A DNA stretch of 46,630 nt, taken from assembly GCA_964529965.1 (NCBI GenBank), contig CAZHAD010000006.1:615-47244 (forward strand). Direction: 5' to 3'. The position numbers and the translations under genes are program-made. The notes under the pieces are model-generated. The model did no database searches. It saw only the letters and a program-made list of their open reading frames with translations, and was not told where the DNA came from. This DNA comes from an uncultured Leptospirales bacterium (GTDB lineage: Bacteria; Spirochaetota; UBA4802; UBA5550). Below, piece by piece: positions 1 to 8,561 of this stretch (its first letter is position 1; each line of letters opens with the position of its first letter).

Positions 1-516
1 ATAAGAAAGCAACGACGAATAATCGTTATCAATTTTAAGCATATCCAGCAATTCAGACACCTGGCCCCGGTGATGGGTCTGATGATTAAACATGTGCATC
101 AGAACTTTCCATATCTCCTTTTCAATTTCTTCGCCCTTATGATTTTTATACCTCAAGGCCTTTTCGTAATCCGCTTCCTGCAAATCATTTACAAATTTGT
201 CAATGGCTTGATCAACCTCCCCTCGTAAGTTTGAAAGCTTTTCACGGTCGCCACCGAGATCTTCCTTTAATTTAGACAGATCGATGGAGGGAATTATTGT
301 TTTTTCCAGACTTGGAGATTTTTCGAATACCTTGGCGATTCGCTTCATCCAGAACAAATCTGAAACCATGATATGAAACAATGTATCATAAATCGACGTG
401 TGGTATACCTCGAATTTCCTCGTGAGCTGGTCATCAGGCAAGCCAAGGATAATACCATAGAGGTTTTTATTAACATTCTGGTTATATTTTGCATATGAAT
501 AAAATACGTTTTTCAT
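1..516 (-). CDS. DinB/YfiT-family putative metalloenzyme, 3'-truncated by window edge
   Basis: Not in the ORF track; translated by hand from ATG at 516 (RBS AAGGAGG): MKNVFYSYAKYNQNVNKNLY...SIYDTLFHIMVSDLFWMKRI...KVLMHMFNHQTHHRGQVSELLDML. Has the DinB His motifs. Frame stays open to base 1. Confidence 0.88.
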   Translation of the reverse strand, partial: MKNVFYSYAKYNQNVNKNLYGIILGLPDDQLTRKFEVYHTSIYDTLFHIMVSDLFWMKRIAKVFEKSPSLEKTIIPSIDLSKLKEDLGGDREKLSNLRGEVDQAIDKFVNDLQEADYEKALRYKNHKGEEIEKEIWKVLMHMFNHQTHHRGQVSELLDMLKIDNDYSSLLSY

Positions 517-572
517 TGTTCCTCCTTTACTTTGTTTTAATCAAATTTTTTCACTACAATAAAAGACCTAAC

Positions 573-600
573 TTGTACCCTTCTGCAGGAAAAAGGTTCC
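573..600 (-). promoter_or_regulatory. Possible ECF-type promoter for the DinB-family gene
   Basis: Minus strand GGAACC-N16-GTACAA, ~55 nt upstream of ATG 516; resembles GGAAC/GT ECF promoters. Pattern only. Confidence 0.25.
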
Positions 601-639
601 CATTTCCTTCCATAAAATACTCAATATTATCAATACATG

Positions 640-877
640 CAAAAAATAAAATACCCGAGCAATACCGGCGTGCCAGGACAGGGTATTTTTTCGCACAATG
701 CTTATGCACCTCAACCCCGGAGCTCGGGACGGGGTCTTCGGGTGATGCGATAAGAAAACTCAGCAGCAATCTACGAAATTTTATTACGCAAGGTTTTGCA
801 CTCGTAATAACGAAGCTTTGCTTCGGAGTATTCTTACACAGCAATAAAAACTTCAAAGCAAGCTACAAAGTTTTCTC
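640..877 (-). ncRNA. Candidate structured non-coding RNA, family not recognised
   Basis: Five helices on the minus strand, several with G.U pairs that would be A.C mismatches on the plus strand; sigma70-like promoter immediately upstream; U-rich 3' end. Confidence 0.45.
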
Positions 878-881
878 TTGG

Positions 882-910
882 ATAATGGTTTATCCTTTCT
901 TCCATGTAAA
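882..910 (-). promoter_or_regulatory. Putative sigma70-type promoter
   Basis: Minus strand TTTACA (910-905), 17-nt spacer, CATTAT (887-882). Predicted +1 near 875-877 matches the 5' end of the first helix. Confidence 0.4.
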
Positions 911-998
911 AAAGTGATTAATTTTGTATAAAAAGATATTCGCATATCCCAAAAAACTATAATAATTAACTATTATGCAGATTTATGTGACATAACAG

Positions 999-1050
999 AT
1001 ATAAAACAAATAAAAAACCCATCTGGATGGGCTTTTTATTTGTTTTATAT
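999..1050. repeat. 52-bp near-perfect palindrome
   Basis: ATATAAAACAAATAAAAAACCCATC-TG-GATGGGCTTTTTATTTGTTTTATAT: 25-bp arms, one mismatch, 2-nt spacer. Confidence 0.85.
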
Positions 1051-1110
1051 ACTAAATGTTCCGATATTATATATGAAAAAACCAGGATATTTCAACGGAG
1101 GGAAATAACT

Positions 1111-2145
1111 ATGAAACTAACAGAAAACCCACTCAATATAATAATTCCTTTAATTTCTATTATAATTTTAATCGCTAATTGCTCAAATCCAGCGGGAAAA
1201 TCGTATCTCCCGCTCCTGCTTGGATCAAATTCTCAAGAATTTCAAGACACCTCATTGAGTAATGACACATCCATTTCCACAAGTATCGGTAAGATACAGG
1301 GAACCGCAATCATTGAGATACCTTTCGGCACAACTGTTGAAAGCCTGAGAGCCGCTATACAAATCGCCCCTCATGCGATTTTTGAAATAGTTGATGCCGA
1401 CGGTACGACTCCCGCCGCGACTTTGTCGCGAAATTGCCTGGTAGCGGTAACCGCTGAAAACGGCACCGAAGCATTGTATACCCTGTACATATTGCCCGAC
1501 CCGGCCATCCTGGCCGAATGGATAGGCTTTGACCCTGCATCGCCCGATTACACGATCATCAATGCCCGGAATGTGGATGGATACGATGGCAATACGGGAG
1601 CCCTCCAATTTGACGGAGATCCTGACACCCTCGATTATGTGATTATACCCGACAGCGATGCTCTGACCCTCGGAAGCAGCGGCACGGTTGAGGTGCTGTT
1701 CAGGGCGGATACGATTTTCCCGTTCGCCGGCATAGTCCACAAGGGCGAGAAAAAAGACTTCAGCGATGAATCCTGGGGCCTGCAGCTTTATTATTACCAG
1801 AATTCCCAGTCGCGCCTCCTTTTTTTGATCACGGGCAATGACGGGAACTGGATCGGCGTGCACGGCTCGTTCGATATAGTCCCGGGGCAATGGTACCACG
1901 TCATCGGGACATGGGACGAAACATCACTGCGTCTGTATGTAAACGGCGTTCTCGACGGGAGTGTGGCCAACACTACGGGCAGGGTACGGGATACGGATGG
2001 CGGGTTGATAATCGGCGCACAGCTTTCCGAAATCTACAACGGGTCTTATGGAAATCTCGGTTGGAGCGGTGTGATCGACCGGGTCATCATCAGAAGCGAT
2101 TCGGTAAGCGATGAACAAGTGATGAGCTCATACCGTGGTCTTTAA
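1111..2145 (+). CDS. Lipoprotein with Ig/cadherin-like segment and C-terminal LamG (ConA-like lectin) domain
   Basis: ATG 1111 after GGAGG; signal peptide ending IIILIAN-C; VTAENGT..YTL motif; LamG motifs GALQFDG, GQWYHVIGTWD, LRLYVNG, WSGVIDRVII. Confidence 0.8.
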   Translation: MKLTENPLNIIIPLISIIILIANCSNPAGKSYLPLLLGSNSQEFQDTSLSNDTSISTSIGKIQGTAIIEIPFGTTVESLRAAIQIAPHAIFEIVDADGTTPAATLSRNCLVAVTAENGTEALYTLYILPDPAILAEWIGFDPASPDYTIINARNVDGYDGNTGALQFDGDPDTLDYVIIPDSDALTLGSSGTVEVLFRADTIFPFAGIVHKGEKKDFSDESWGLQLYYYQNSQSRLLFLITGNDGNWIGVHGSFDIVPGQWYHVIGTWDETSLRLYVNGVLDGSVANTTGRVRDTDGGLIIGAQLSEIYNGSYGNLGWSGVIDRVIIRSDSVSDEQVMSSYRGL

Positions 2146-2225
2146 AAGCATAGAAACGCTGGCAAAAAAAATTAATGTAACCGTTGACTGGACCAGGACG
2201 GATTAAAAATAGAGCACCGATATGA

Positions 2226-2663
2226 CTACTGAATGGCGCCGCATTCACGGCATTTGCGGCCGCCGCGAAAAAGTATGGATCCGCACGTCGAACATGAAAA
2301 GAGTTTTTCCTCGGCCTTGACCCATTCCTCGGTGCCAAGTCTACGCCACTCCGGCACGGCGCGGAGAATATTCTTTTTTCCTTCAGGCACGGGGAAGGAT
2401 TCAACTTTATTGCAGGGAAATTCAGCACACTGGTGGCAGCCCTCATGACCCTTTTCAATTGTACAGCTTTTAATAGGACACGCTGAACAATACCAATACA
2501 CCATGGATGAGAGGCAGCCATGACACGCGATTTTATCGGGCAATTCATGGTAAGCCGCAGCCAGTTTTTCCTTCAACTTCCGGTCATTTTTTACCGTGGC
2601 ATAATATATGCCGCACACACCGCAGTATAGTCCGCAGGGGGAAATAAGATCTTTGTTGAGCAT
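2226..2663 (-). CDS. DUF3795-like Cys-rich putative Zn-binding protein with C-terminal zinc ribbon
   Basis: SPCGLYCGVC, CHGC, CSACPIKSC, GCHQCAEFPC, then CSTC...CREC. Confidence 0.8.
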   Translation of the reverse strand: MLNKDLISPCGLYCGVCGIYYATVKNDRKLKEKLAAAYHELPDKIACHGCLSSMVYWYCSACPIKSCTIEKGHEGCHQCAEFPCNKVESFPVPEGKKNILRAVPEWRRLGTEEWVKAEEKLFSCSTCGSILFRGGRKCRECGAIQ

Positions 2664-2832
2664 ACTTTCCTCGTAATTTTTATAAATATTTCCACGTGTT
2701 TTCGTTATTATTTATAGCGCTACCTGCAAAAAAATATTGTTGTTAATATAAACCTACTCCATATGAACAACCAACAGATAAAAAATTTCTATATTAGGTG
2801 CCAAAACAAAGCGGTCTCCCATAGATACCATC

Positions 2833-3714
2833 TTAATTCATGGCAAACAGGCTTTTAATATCGGTCCTGCTTAGCAGATTGCGCAGCCATTGAACCGTGT
2901 CGGGTCCCTTGAAAAAAGGCTGCCCCTTGAACAGGGCGAGAAACTCATAATACGAGCTCTCGAGATCCCTGACCGAATCGCCCAATACCTCTTGTATGGC
3001 GCCGAAAGAATCACGATTCATTGCAAGATCTCTTATATCGATCATGCCGGCTCTGATGAGAAAATCGGTTTGTTTTGCGCAGGTGCAGGGATTGTTCTCA
3101 TGCAAGAGGCTGCAATTGCTGTCGAAAAAATTAAATACTTTTTTGCGCGATCGGGACAAAATTTTACGAAAATTCCCCCTGGAGATGCCGCATATTTCGG
3201 AGCCAATGCGATCAGTGACATCAAACAGCACTCCAAGGATGAATATGATACGTTCCATCCGAGAAAGGCATAACAATATGCAGAGGACGCATGATGTCTT
3301 TGTCTCCTCCGCGATGAGTGCATGTCCAGGGCGAAAGGATTTTCTCGTATCAGGGTGTAAATCGATATGTTCGCCATGGTTATAGCTCAATACAATTTCC
3401 GAGAAAAATTTTTCCTTTTGATTGTATTTCAAATTCACGATATGATTTACAACGATTCGATACAACCATGTCCTGAACGCGGCCTTATGAGAATCATACG
3501 TCGAAAGTTTGGTTATTACCTTGATCAATACTTCCTGCGTTATGTCTTCGGCACCGTGAACGTCGCCGGTCATGGTCAATGCGATATTGTAAATCCAGGA
3601 CTGATGGCGCAGGATGATCTCCTCCAGGGCACCGGTATCGCCTTTCAATGATCGCGCGATGAGGTCGATATCGTTTGAACAGTCGCCAGTTTGTTCCTTA
3701 AATGGATTGTACAT
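2833..3714 (-). CDS. ECF-family RNA polymerase sigma factor with Cys-containing C-terminal extension
   Basis: Region 2: AEDITQEVLIK, FRTWLYRIVVNH. Region 4: LSRMERIIFIL...ISRGNFRKILSRSRKK. ~95-aa extension starting CSLLHENNPCTC. Confidence 0.88.
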   Translation of the reverse strand: MYNPFKEQTGDCSNDIDLIARSLKGDTGALEEIILRHQSWIYNIALTMTGDVHGAEDITQEVLIKVITKLSTYDSHKAAFRTWLYRIVVNHIVNLKYNQKEKFFSEIVLSYNHGEHIDLHPDTRKSFRPGHALIAEETKTSCVLCILLCLSRMERIIFILGVLFDVTDRIGSEICGISRGNFRKILSRSRKKVFNFFDSNCSLLHENNPCTCAKQTDFLIRAGMIDIRDLAMNRDSFGAIQEVLGDSVRDLESSYYEFLALFKGQPFFKGPDTVQWLRNLLSRTDIKSLFAMN

Positions 3715-3746
3715 GGTTTTTCCTGTTTATTTCTGTTTCATTTCCT

Positions 3747-3774
3747 GATACCGGAAATAAATTCAAGTGTGACA
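3747..3774 (-). promoter_or_regulatory. Possible autoregulatory ECF promoter
   Basis: Minus strand TGTCACA-N16-GTATC, ~33 nt upstream of the ECF start codon. Confidence 0.3.
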
Positions 3775-3922
3775 CGACAATGACATTTTTCTACAACAAA
3801 ATTCTCTTCAGGTCCTCCTGCTTTTTGAGCAGATACTGTAATATTTTATTTATATTGCTAAATAGTATTGACAACAATATTCTCCGGATTTAACCCCCAC
3901 TTACAAGTGGAGGAACTGGCGG

Positions 3923-5005
3923 ATGATCGTAAAAGCATATCTCATCCTTGAAGACGGCGCAATATTCGAGGGCACCATGTTCGGTTACGAAGGCGAGACG
4001 ATGGGCGAGGTCGTGTTCAACACCTCGATGAGCGGATACCAGGAGGTGCTCACCGATCCCTCATACGTGGGCCAGATCGTGGCCATGACCTATCCGATGA
4101 TCGGCAACTACGGCGTCAACGACGAGGACGTCGAATCCGACCGGATTCAGGTAGCGGGCTTCATAGTCAAAGAGTACAGCAAAACCTATTCGAACTTCCG
4201 GGCCGTCGGCTCACTAGCAAATTACCTGATCAAGGCCCGCGTTCCGGGAATCGAGGGCGTGGACACGAGAAGGCTGACCCTCCACATCAGGGACAAGGGC
4301 GCGCTCAGAGGGGGAATATTCTTTGATACGAAAAATGCCGTGGAACGGCTGCTCAACCATCCCGGCATGGAGGGTTTGGATCTTGCGACCGGCGTTTCAT
4401 GCAATGAGCCCAGGGACTTCGGTGAACAAAACCCCTCGCTACCGCTGGTGGGGGTGTATGATTTCGGCGTGAAGCTCAATATCCTCCGCATGCTGGTTAA
4501 ATCGGGCTTTTCAGTGCGGCTGTATCCGTCCAAAACCCCTGTTGAGCAGGTCGTTAGGGAGGGAGCGAAAGGAATTCTCCTGTCCAACGGACCGGGCGAT
4601 CCGGACGCGATTTCTTATTGTAAAGAACTGGTGAGAGAAATCATGAAGCGACGTATACCCTGCTTCGGGATATGCCTGGGCCATCAGCTCATCGGGCTAG
4701 GTTTGGGCGGCTCGACCTACAAGCTCAAATTCGGCCACCGGGGCGCTAACCAGCCGGTCATGAATCTTTCAACAGGAAAGGTCGAGATATCGACCCAGAA
4801 CCACGGCTTCGCCGTCGATTTTGATTCATTGAAAAACAATCCGGGTGTCGAGATAACGCATATCAATCTGAACGACCGTACGGTCGAGGGACTCAGGCAT
4901 ACATCGCTTCCGATATTCTCGGTTCAATATCATCCTGAAGCGAGCCCGGGACCACACGACTCACGCTATCTGTTCGATCAGTTCTGCGGCCTTATCGCCG
5001 GATGA
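3923..5005 (+). CDS. carA: Carbamoyl-phosphate synthase small subunit
   Basis: GEVVFNTSMSGYQEVLTDPSY, SNGPGDP, GICLGHQ, KFGHRGANQPV, SVQYHPEASPGPHD. Confidence 0.98.
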   Translation: MIVKAYLILEDGAIFEGTMFGYEGETMGEVVFNTSMSGYQEVLTDPSYVGQIVAMTYPMIGNYGVNDEDVESDRIQVAGFIVKEYSKTYSNFRAVGSLANYLIKARVPGIEGVDTRRLTLHIRDKGALRGGIFFDTKNAVERLLNHPGMEGLDLATGVSCNEPRDFGEQNPSLPLVGVYDFGVKLNILRMLVKSGFSVRLYPSKTPVEQVVREGAKGILLSNGPGDPDAISYCKELVREIMKRRIPCFGICLGHQLIGLGLGGSTYKLKFGHRGANQPVMNLSTGKVEISTQNHGFAVDFDSLKNNPGVEITHINLNDRTVEGLRHTSLPIFSVQYHPEASPGPHDSRYLFDQFCGLIAG

Positions 5006-6093
5006 AAATTCGGCCATTTTCTTATTACGTGCACGCTCGTCGCCTTGAACGACGCCACCAGGTCTCTTCCCTTAATAATGCCAAGAATGTCCATTGACCT
5101 GCCGGTCACATACGCCATAAGCGTAAATCCGCAATCCAGGTATACCTTCTGAAAATATCCGAGCGGAACCGTTTTCACCACCGTACACCGGAAGGAATTG
5201 CGGGCGCTGGTGTCCGGGGACATTGAGGAAAGGATTATATTCTCCGGATGGATGCAGAATGTAACATTCATTCCAGGCTCGACACTCCCCGCAACATTGA
5301 CGGTCATGCCGTTCACCGAAACAGAGAACACCCCATTGTCCGAGCCGGTGACCTTTCCGGTCAGGATTGTCTCAGTACCGATAAAGGATGCGACAAACTC
5401 ATCGGCGGGCGTCTGAGTAATTTCGGTCGGTGTACCCGTTTGCAGGACCGCGCCCTTGTTCATAATGATGATCTCATCGGCAAGTCGCATGGCTTCACTT
5501 CTGTCGTGGGTTGCAAAGATGACGGTGATCCGCCTGCTACGGATGATCCGCTCCAGATCGCTGATGAGCGATTCCCTCGTCGGCGCGTCAAGGGAGGAAA
5601 AAGGCTCGTCCATGAGCAGAATCTCCGGGCGAACGGCAAGGGCCCGTGCAAGGTTTACGCGCTGTGCCTCTCCGCCTGAAAGGCTCGAGGCCCGGCGCTT
5701 CCATAAATGGGTTATGCCGAAAAGCTCAGCCATCTCTTCCGCTATGGAGCGGATATCATATCGTCTCATCCCCCTGATATTGAGACCTGAGGCGATGTTG
5801 CGGTAGACCGAGGTGGAGAAAAGTAAAGGCTCCTGGAACACCAGTGAGAGCTTTCGCCGGTATTGATTGATTGACCTGCCGTGAAGAATGCTTCTGTCGC
5901 GGTACAGAATGTCTCCCGAGTCGGGCTTTACGAGACGCATGAGCGAAAGGAGGAGCGTCGTCTTGCCCGCACCATTGGGCCCGATGAGGGACACGATCCT
6001 GCCTTCATGAAACGCCATGCAGGGAACCTTAAGCACGAATTGGTCGCCCCTTGAAACGAGGAGATCCCTCAATTCAATGACCGGCTGGCTCAT
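4978..6093 (-). CDS. tupC: Tungstate ABC transporter ATP-binding protein with TOBE domains
   Basis: Start moved to ATG 6093 (ATGA overlap with permease stop); GPNGAGKT, LSGGEAQRV, LLMDEPFS; TOBE-like tail ASFKATSVHVI; operon context. Confidence 0.85.
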   Translation of the reverse strand: MSQPVIELRDLLVSRGDQFVLKVPCMAFHEGRIVSLIGPNGAGKTTLLLSLMRLVKPDSGDILYRDRSILHGRSINQYRRKLSLVFQEPLLFSTSVYRNIASGLNIRGMRRYDIRSIAEEMAELFGITHLWKRRASSLSGGEAQRVNLARALAVRPEILLMDEPFSSLDAPTRESLISDLERIIRSRRITVIFATHDRSEAMRLADEIIIMNKGAVLQTGTPTEITQTPADEFVASFIGTETILTGKVTGSDNGVFSVSVNGMTVNVAGSVEPGMNVTFCIHPENIILSSMSPDTSARNSFRCTVVKTVPLGYFQKVYLDCGFTLMAYVTGRSMDILGIIKGRDLVASFKATSVHVIRKWPNFHPAIRPQN

Positions 6094-6785
6094 GGCGTCT
6101 TGCGCTGCTGAATCGTGGTAAGAGTATAATTTACCGCAAACGCGAGTACGAGCAGGATGATCCCCAGGGAAATAGCAAGCGCGAAATTCCCCTTGCCGGT
6201 TTCCATCACCGTGGCGGTGGTGAGAACCCTGGTGTATCCCTTGACGTTGCCCCCGACCATTATCGATGCGCCGATTTCGGACACGACTCCGCCGAAGCCC
6301 GCCATGATTCCGGTGAGCATGGGAAGGCGCGCCTCCCTCATGAGGAGCAGGAGCAGCTGAACCCTGGTTGCACCGAGTGCCAGAATCTGCAGCCGCAGCT
6401 TCTCGGGAAGATGCTGCATCGCCGACAGCGTAATCCCGGTGATAATCGGCGTTGCAATAATGGTTTGAGCGATGACCATTGCGGCGGGCGTATACAGAAG
6501 CCCGAGGCTTCCGAGGGGCCCGCTCCGCCATATCAGGATGGTGATGAATAGACCGACCACGACCGGAGGCAGACCCATGCCGGTATTGACCATGGCCACG
6601 ATGAATCTCCTTCCGGGAAAGCGGACAAGCGCGATTACGGTTCCGGAAATGATTCCGATACCGGTGCTCACCACCGTGGCCGTGCCGGAAATCTTCAGCG
6701 TGAGGAGGGTGATGGCCACCACCTCGGGATCAAGGCCTGAAATCAGATGATAGGCCTTGATTAAACCATCCAGAACAAGATCCAT
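6090..6785 (-). CDS. tupB: Tungstate ABC transporter permease
   Basis: NTGMGLPPVVVGL, GPLGSLGLLYTP, SEIGASIMVGGNVKGYTRVLTTA. Confidence 0.92.
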   Translation of the reverse strand: MDLVLDGLIKAYHLISGLDPEVVAITLLTLKISGTATVVSTGIGIISGTVIALVRFPGRRFIVAMVNTGMGLPPVVVGLFITILIWRSGPLGSLGLLYTPAAMVIAQTIIATPIITGITLSAMQHLPEKLRLQILALGATRVQLLLLLMREARLPMLTGIMAGFGGVVSEIGASIMVGGNVKGYTRVLTTATVMETGKGNFALAISLGIILLVLAFAVNYTLTTIQQRKTP

Positions 6786-6825
6786 GGATTGCCGTCCTTT
6801 TCAGAGCATGCTGATGTCATTCCGA

Positions 6826-7653
6826 TCATTTAACCGCATCAGGAAAGAATAACTGTGATCCGTATTGAGCAACGCCGAATCGCCCGATCATCTTCTGGGT
6901 TTCCGGTGAAATTAAAAAGCGGGCAAAGGCGCGCGCGCCCTCTCCATTTATCTTGGGGAATTTTTTTTCATTGATTTCAATGACATGATAGATGTTCAGA
7001 AGGATTTTATCGCCCTGGAAGAGTATTGCCATGTCCATATTTTTCCTCAGTGCAAGGTATGTCGCCCGGTCGCTGAGCGTATATCCCTGCTTCTCGTTGA
7101 CCACGGCCAGGGTCTGCCCCATGCCGAGTCCGGTCTCCTGGTACCACCTGCCCTTTTCAGGGCTTGCGCCGGCTTTTTTCCATAGGGAAAGCTCCTTCAC
7201 ATACGTGCCCGAATTGTCTGCACGAGAGATAAACAGCGACCGGGCAAGGGCTATTCTTTTGAACGCTTCCACAGCCGATCGGCAGTTTCTGACCCCGGCA
7301 GGATCGCTTCTTGGCCCAACTATCACAAAATCGTTGTGCATCACGATTCGCCGGTTGACCCCAAAGCCCTGCTTTATGAATTTTTCCTCTGCGGCAGGAG
7401 AGTGGACCAGCAGAACATCCGCCTCGCCTCGCTCTCCCATGGCCATCGCCTGGCCGGAGCCCACCGCGATCGTCTTGAGACGGTATCCGGTGCGTTTCTC
7501 AAATGCGGGTACAAGCACGTCAAGAAGACCGGAATCCTGAGTGCTTGTGGTCGTGGCGAGGATGACATCCTTTTTTTCCGCCACTGCGGGAAGAACCGCG
7601 GCACATGCGGCGATAACTATCAATAACAGAATCTTTGTTGTAAGACGATACAT
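6826..7653 (-). CDS. tupA: Tungstate ABC transporter substrate-binding protein
   Basis: TupA signature LATTTSTQDSGLL, AVGSGQA, FISRADNSGT, YTLSDRAT; signal peptide from ATG 7653. Confidence 0.92.
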   Translation of the reverse strand: MYRLTTKILLLIVIAACAAVLPAVAEKKDVILATTTSTQDSGLLDVLVPAFEKRTGYRLKTIAVGSGQAMAMGERGEADVLLVHSPAAEEKFIKQGFGVNRRIVMHNDFVIVGPRSDPAGVRNCRSAVEAFKRIALARSLFISRADNSGTYVKELSLWKKAGASPEKGRWYQETGLGMGQTLAVVNEKQGYTLSDRATYLALRKNMDMAILFQGDKILLNIYHVIEINEKKFPKINGEGARAFARFLISPETQKMIGRFGVAQYGSQLFFPDAVK

Positions 7654-7749
7654 GTTCCTAACACCTTTGCTCATTTGATGTTGAAAAGACTTCAATATAA
7701 GTCCACTGTTTTTTCGGTTAAACTCTGCCGAAGCGATTCATATATTTTC

Positions 7750-8547
7750 TCATCCCTGTCTCTGGAATGCAGTAAGCCGGAAGTCATCGATAATGGCATG
7801 AGCCTGCTGGTGAACCTTCATGATTGCGCCATAACCGGTAAGCCCTGCGAAAATCTGGATAACCTTTTTCTTTCTCTGATCCTCTATAAAAAGCTTATTT
7901 GTTTTAAGCGGGTTTTCCCATTCCGAATCTCTCAGCTCAAGAAGCTCTTCACAGAATCCGGAAATATCGTAAAGCAGAAATGCAGACTCTTTGAGATATT
8001 CATTTTTGTCTTTCTCGATTTCAATCTCCTGCACGTCGGGCCGCCGGAGCTTCGCGATGTGATCTTCAATCCTCGGACTGGAGAGCGCCCCACGGGGAAC
8101 TGCGAAATTCTGAAGGCTTGATTCAAACTGCATGATCCTGTCCCTCAAGCTCTTTTCGGATACCAGAACGAACAGAATCTCGAAATAATAAAGCGCAAAA
8201 TCCGAGAGCGCTCCATATAAGTGAGAAATTTCCACACCGGCCTTAGGATGAAACCTGATCTCCGGATACTTTTTTATGCGGAACAGCTGTTCATCGATGA
8301 TTTGCTCCACCTGCTCGGCAAAAGATTTTACGCTTTTTTTCTTTTCATATCTGTTTTTGATCTGCTCAAAATTCGATATCTCGGCCAGAATGAATCCTTC
8401 CATATTCATCTTATTTTTAAGAGCCATGATAAGCCTTTCCTCAAATGCGTCGCGGTTGAACCAAGTGGGATTCTTTTTGGAATATTCCGTATATTTGTTC
8501 CTCAACTTCCATATGAGTTTGTTAATTTCATCGTCAGACATCGCCAT
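7750..8547 (-). CDS. Hypothetical protein, charged and helical
   Basis: 265-aa ORF, protein-like composition, 14 bp downstream of the HEAT-repeat gene; no recognised motif. Confidence 0.7.
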   Translation of the reverse strand: MAMSDDEINKLIWKLRNKYTEYSKKNPTWFNRDAFEERLIMALKNKMNMEGFILAEISNFEQIKNRYEKKKSVKSFAEQVEQIIDEQLFRIKKYPEIRFHPKAGVEISHLYGALSDFALYYFEILFVLVSEKSLRDRIMQFESSLQNFAVPRGALSSPRIEDHIAKLRRPDVQEIEIEKDKNEYLKESAFLLYDISGFCEELLELRDSEWENPLKTNKLFIEDQRKKKVIQIFAGLTGYGAIMKVHQQAHAIIDDFRLTAFQRQG

Positions 8548-8561
8548 GGTCCGTCTAACCT

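Noticed and set aside
489-917. ORFs 489..917(+) and 554..856(-)
   Set aside because: TTG starts, no convincing RBS or motifs; the region is better explained by the DinB start and the structured RNA.
6094-6531. 146-aa N-terminal extension of the ABC ATPase in the ORF track
   Set aside because: It is an alternative frame inside tupB; the true start is ATG 6093. The same applies to the extensions given for tmk, pmbA and the PHP-GT4 gene.
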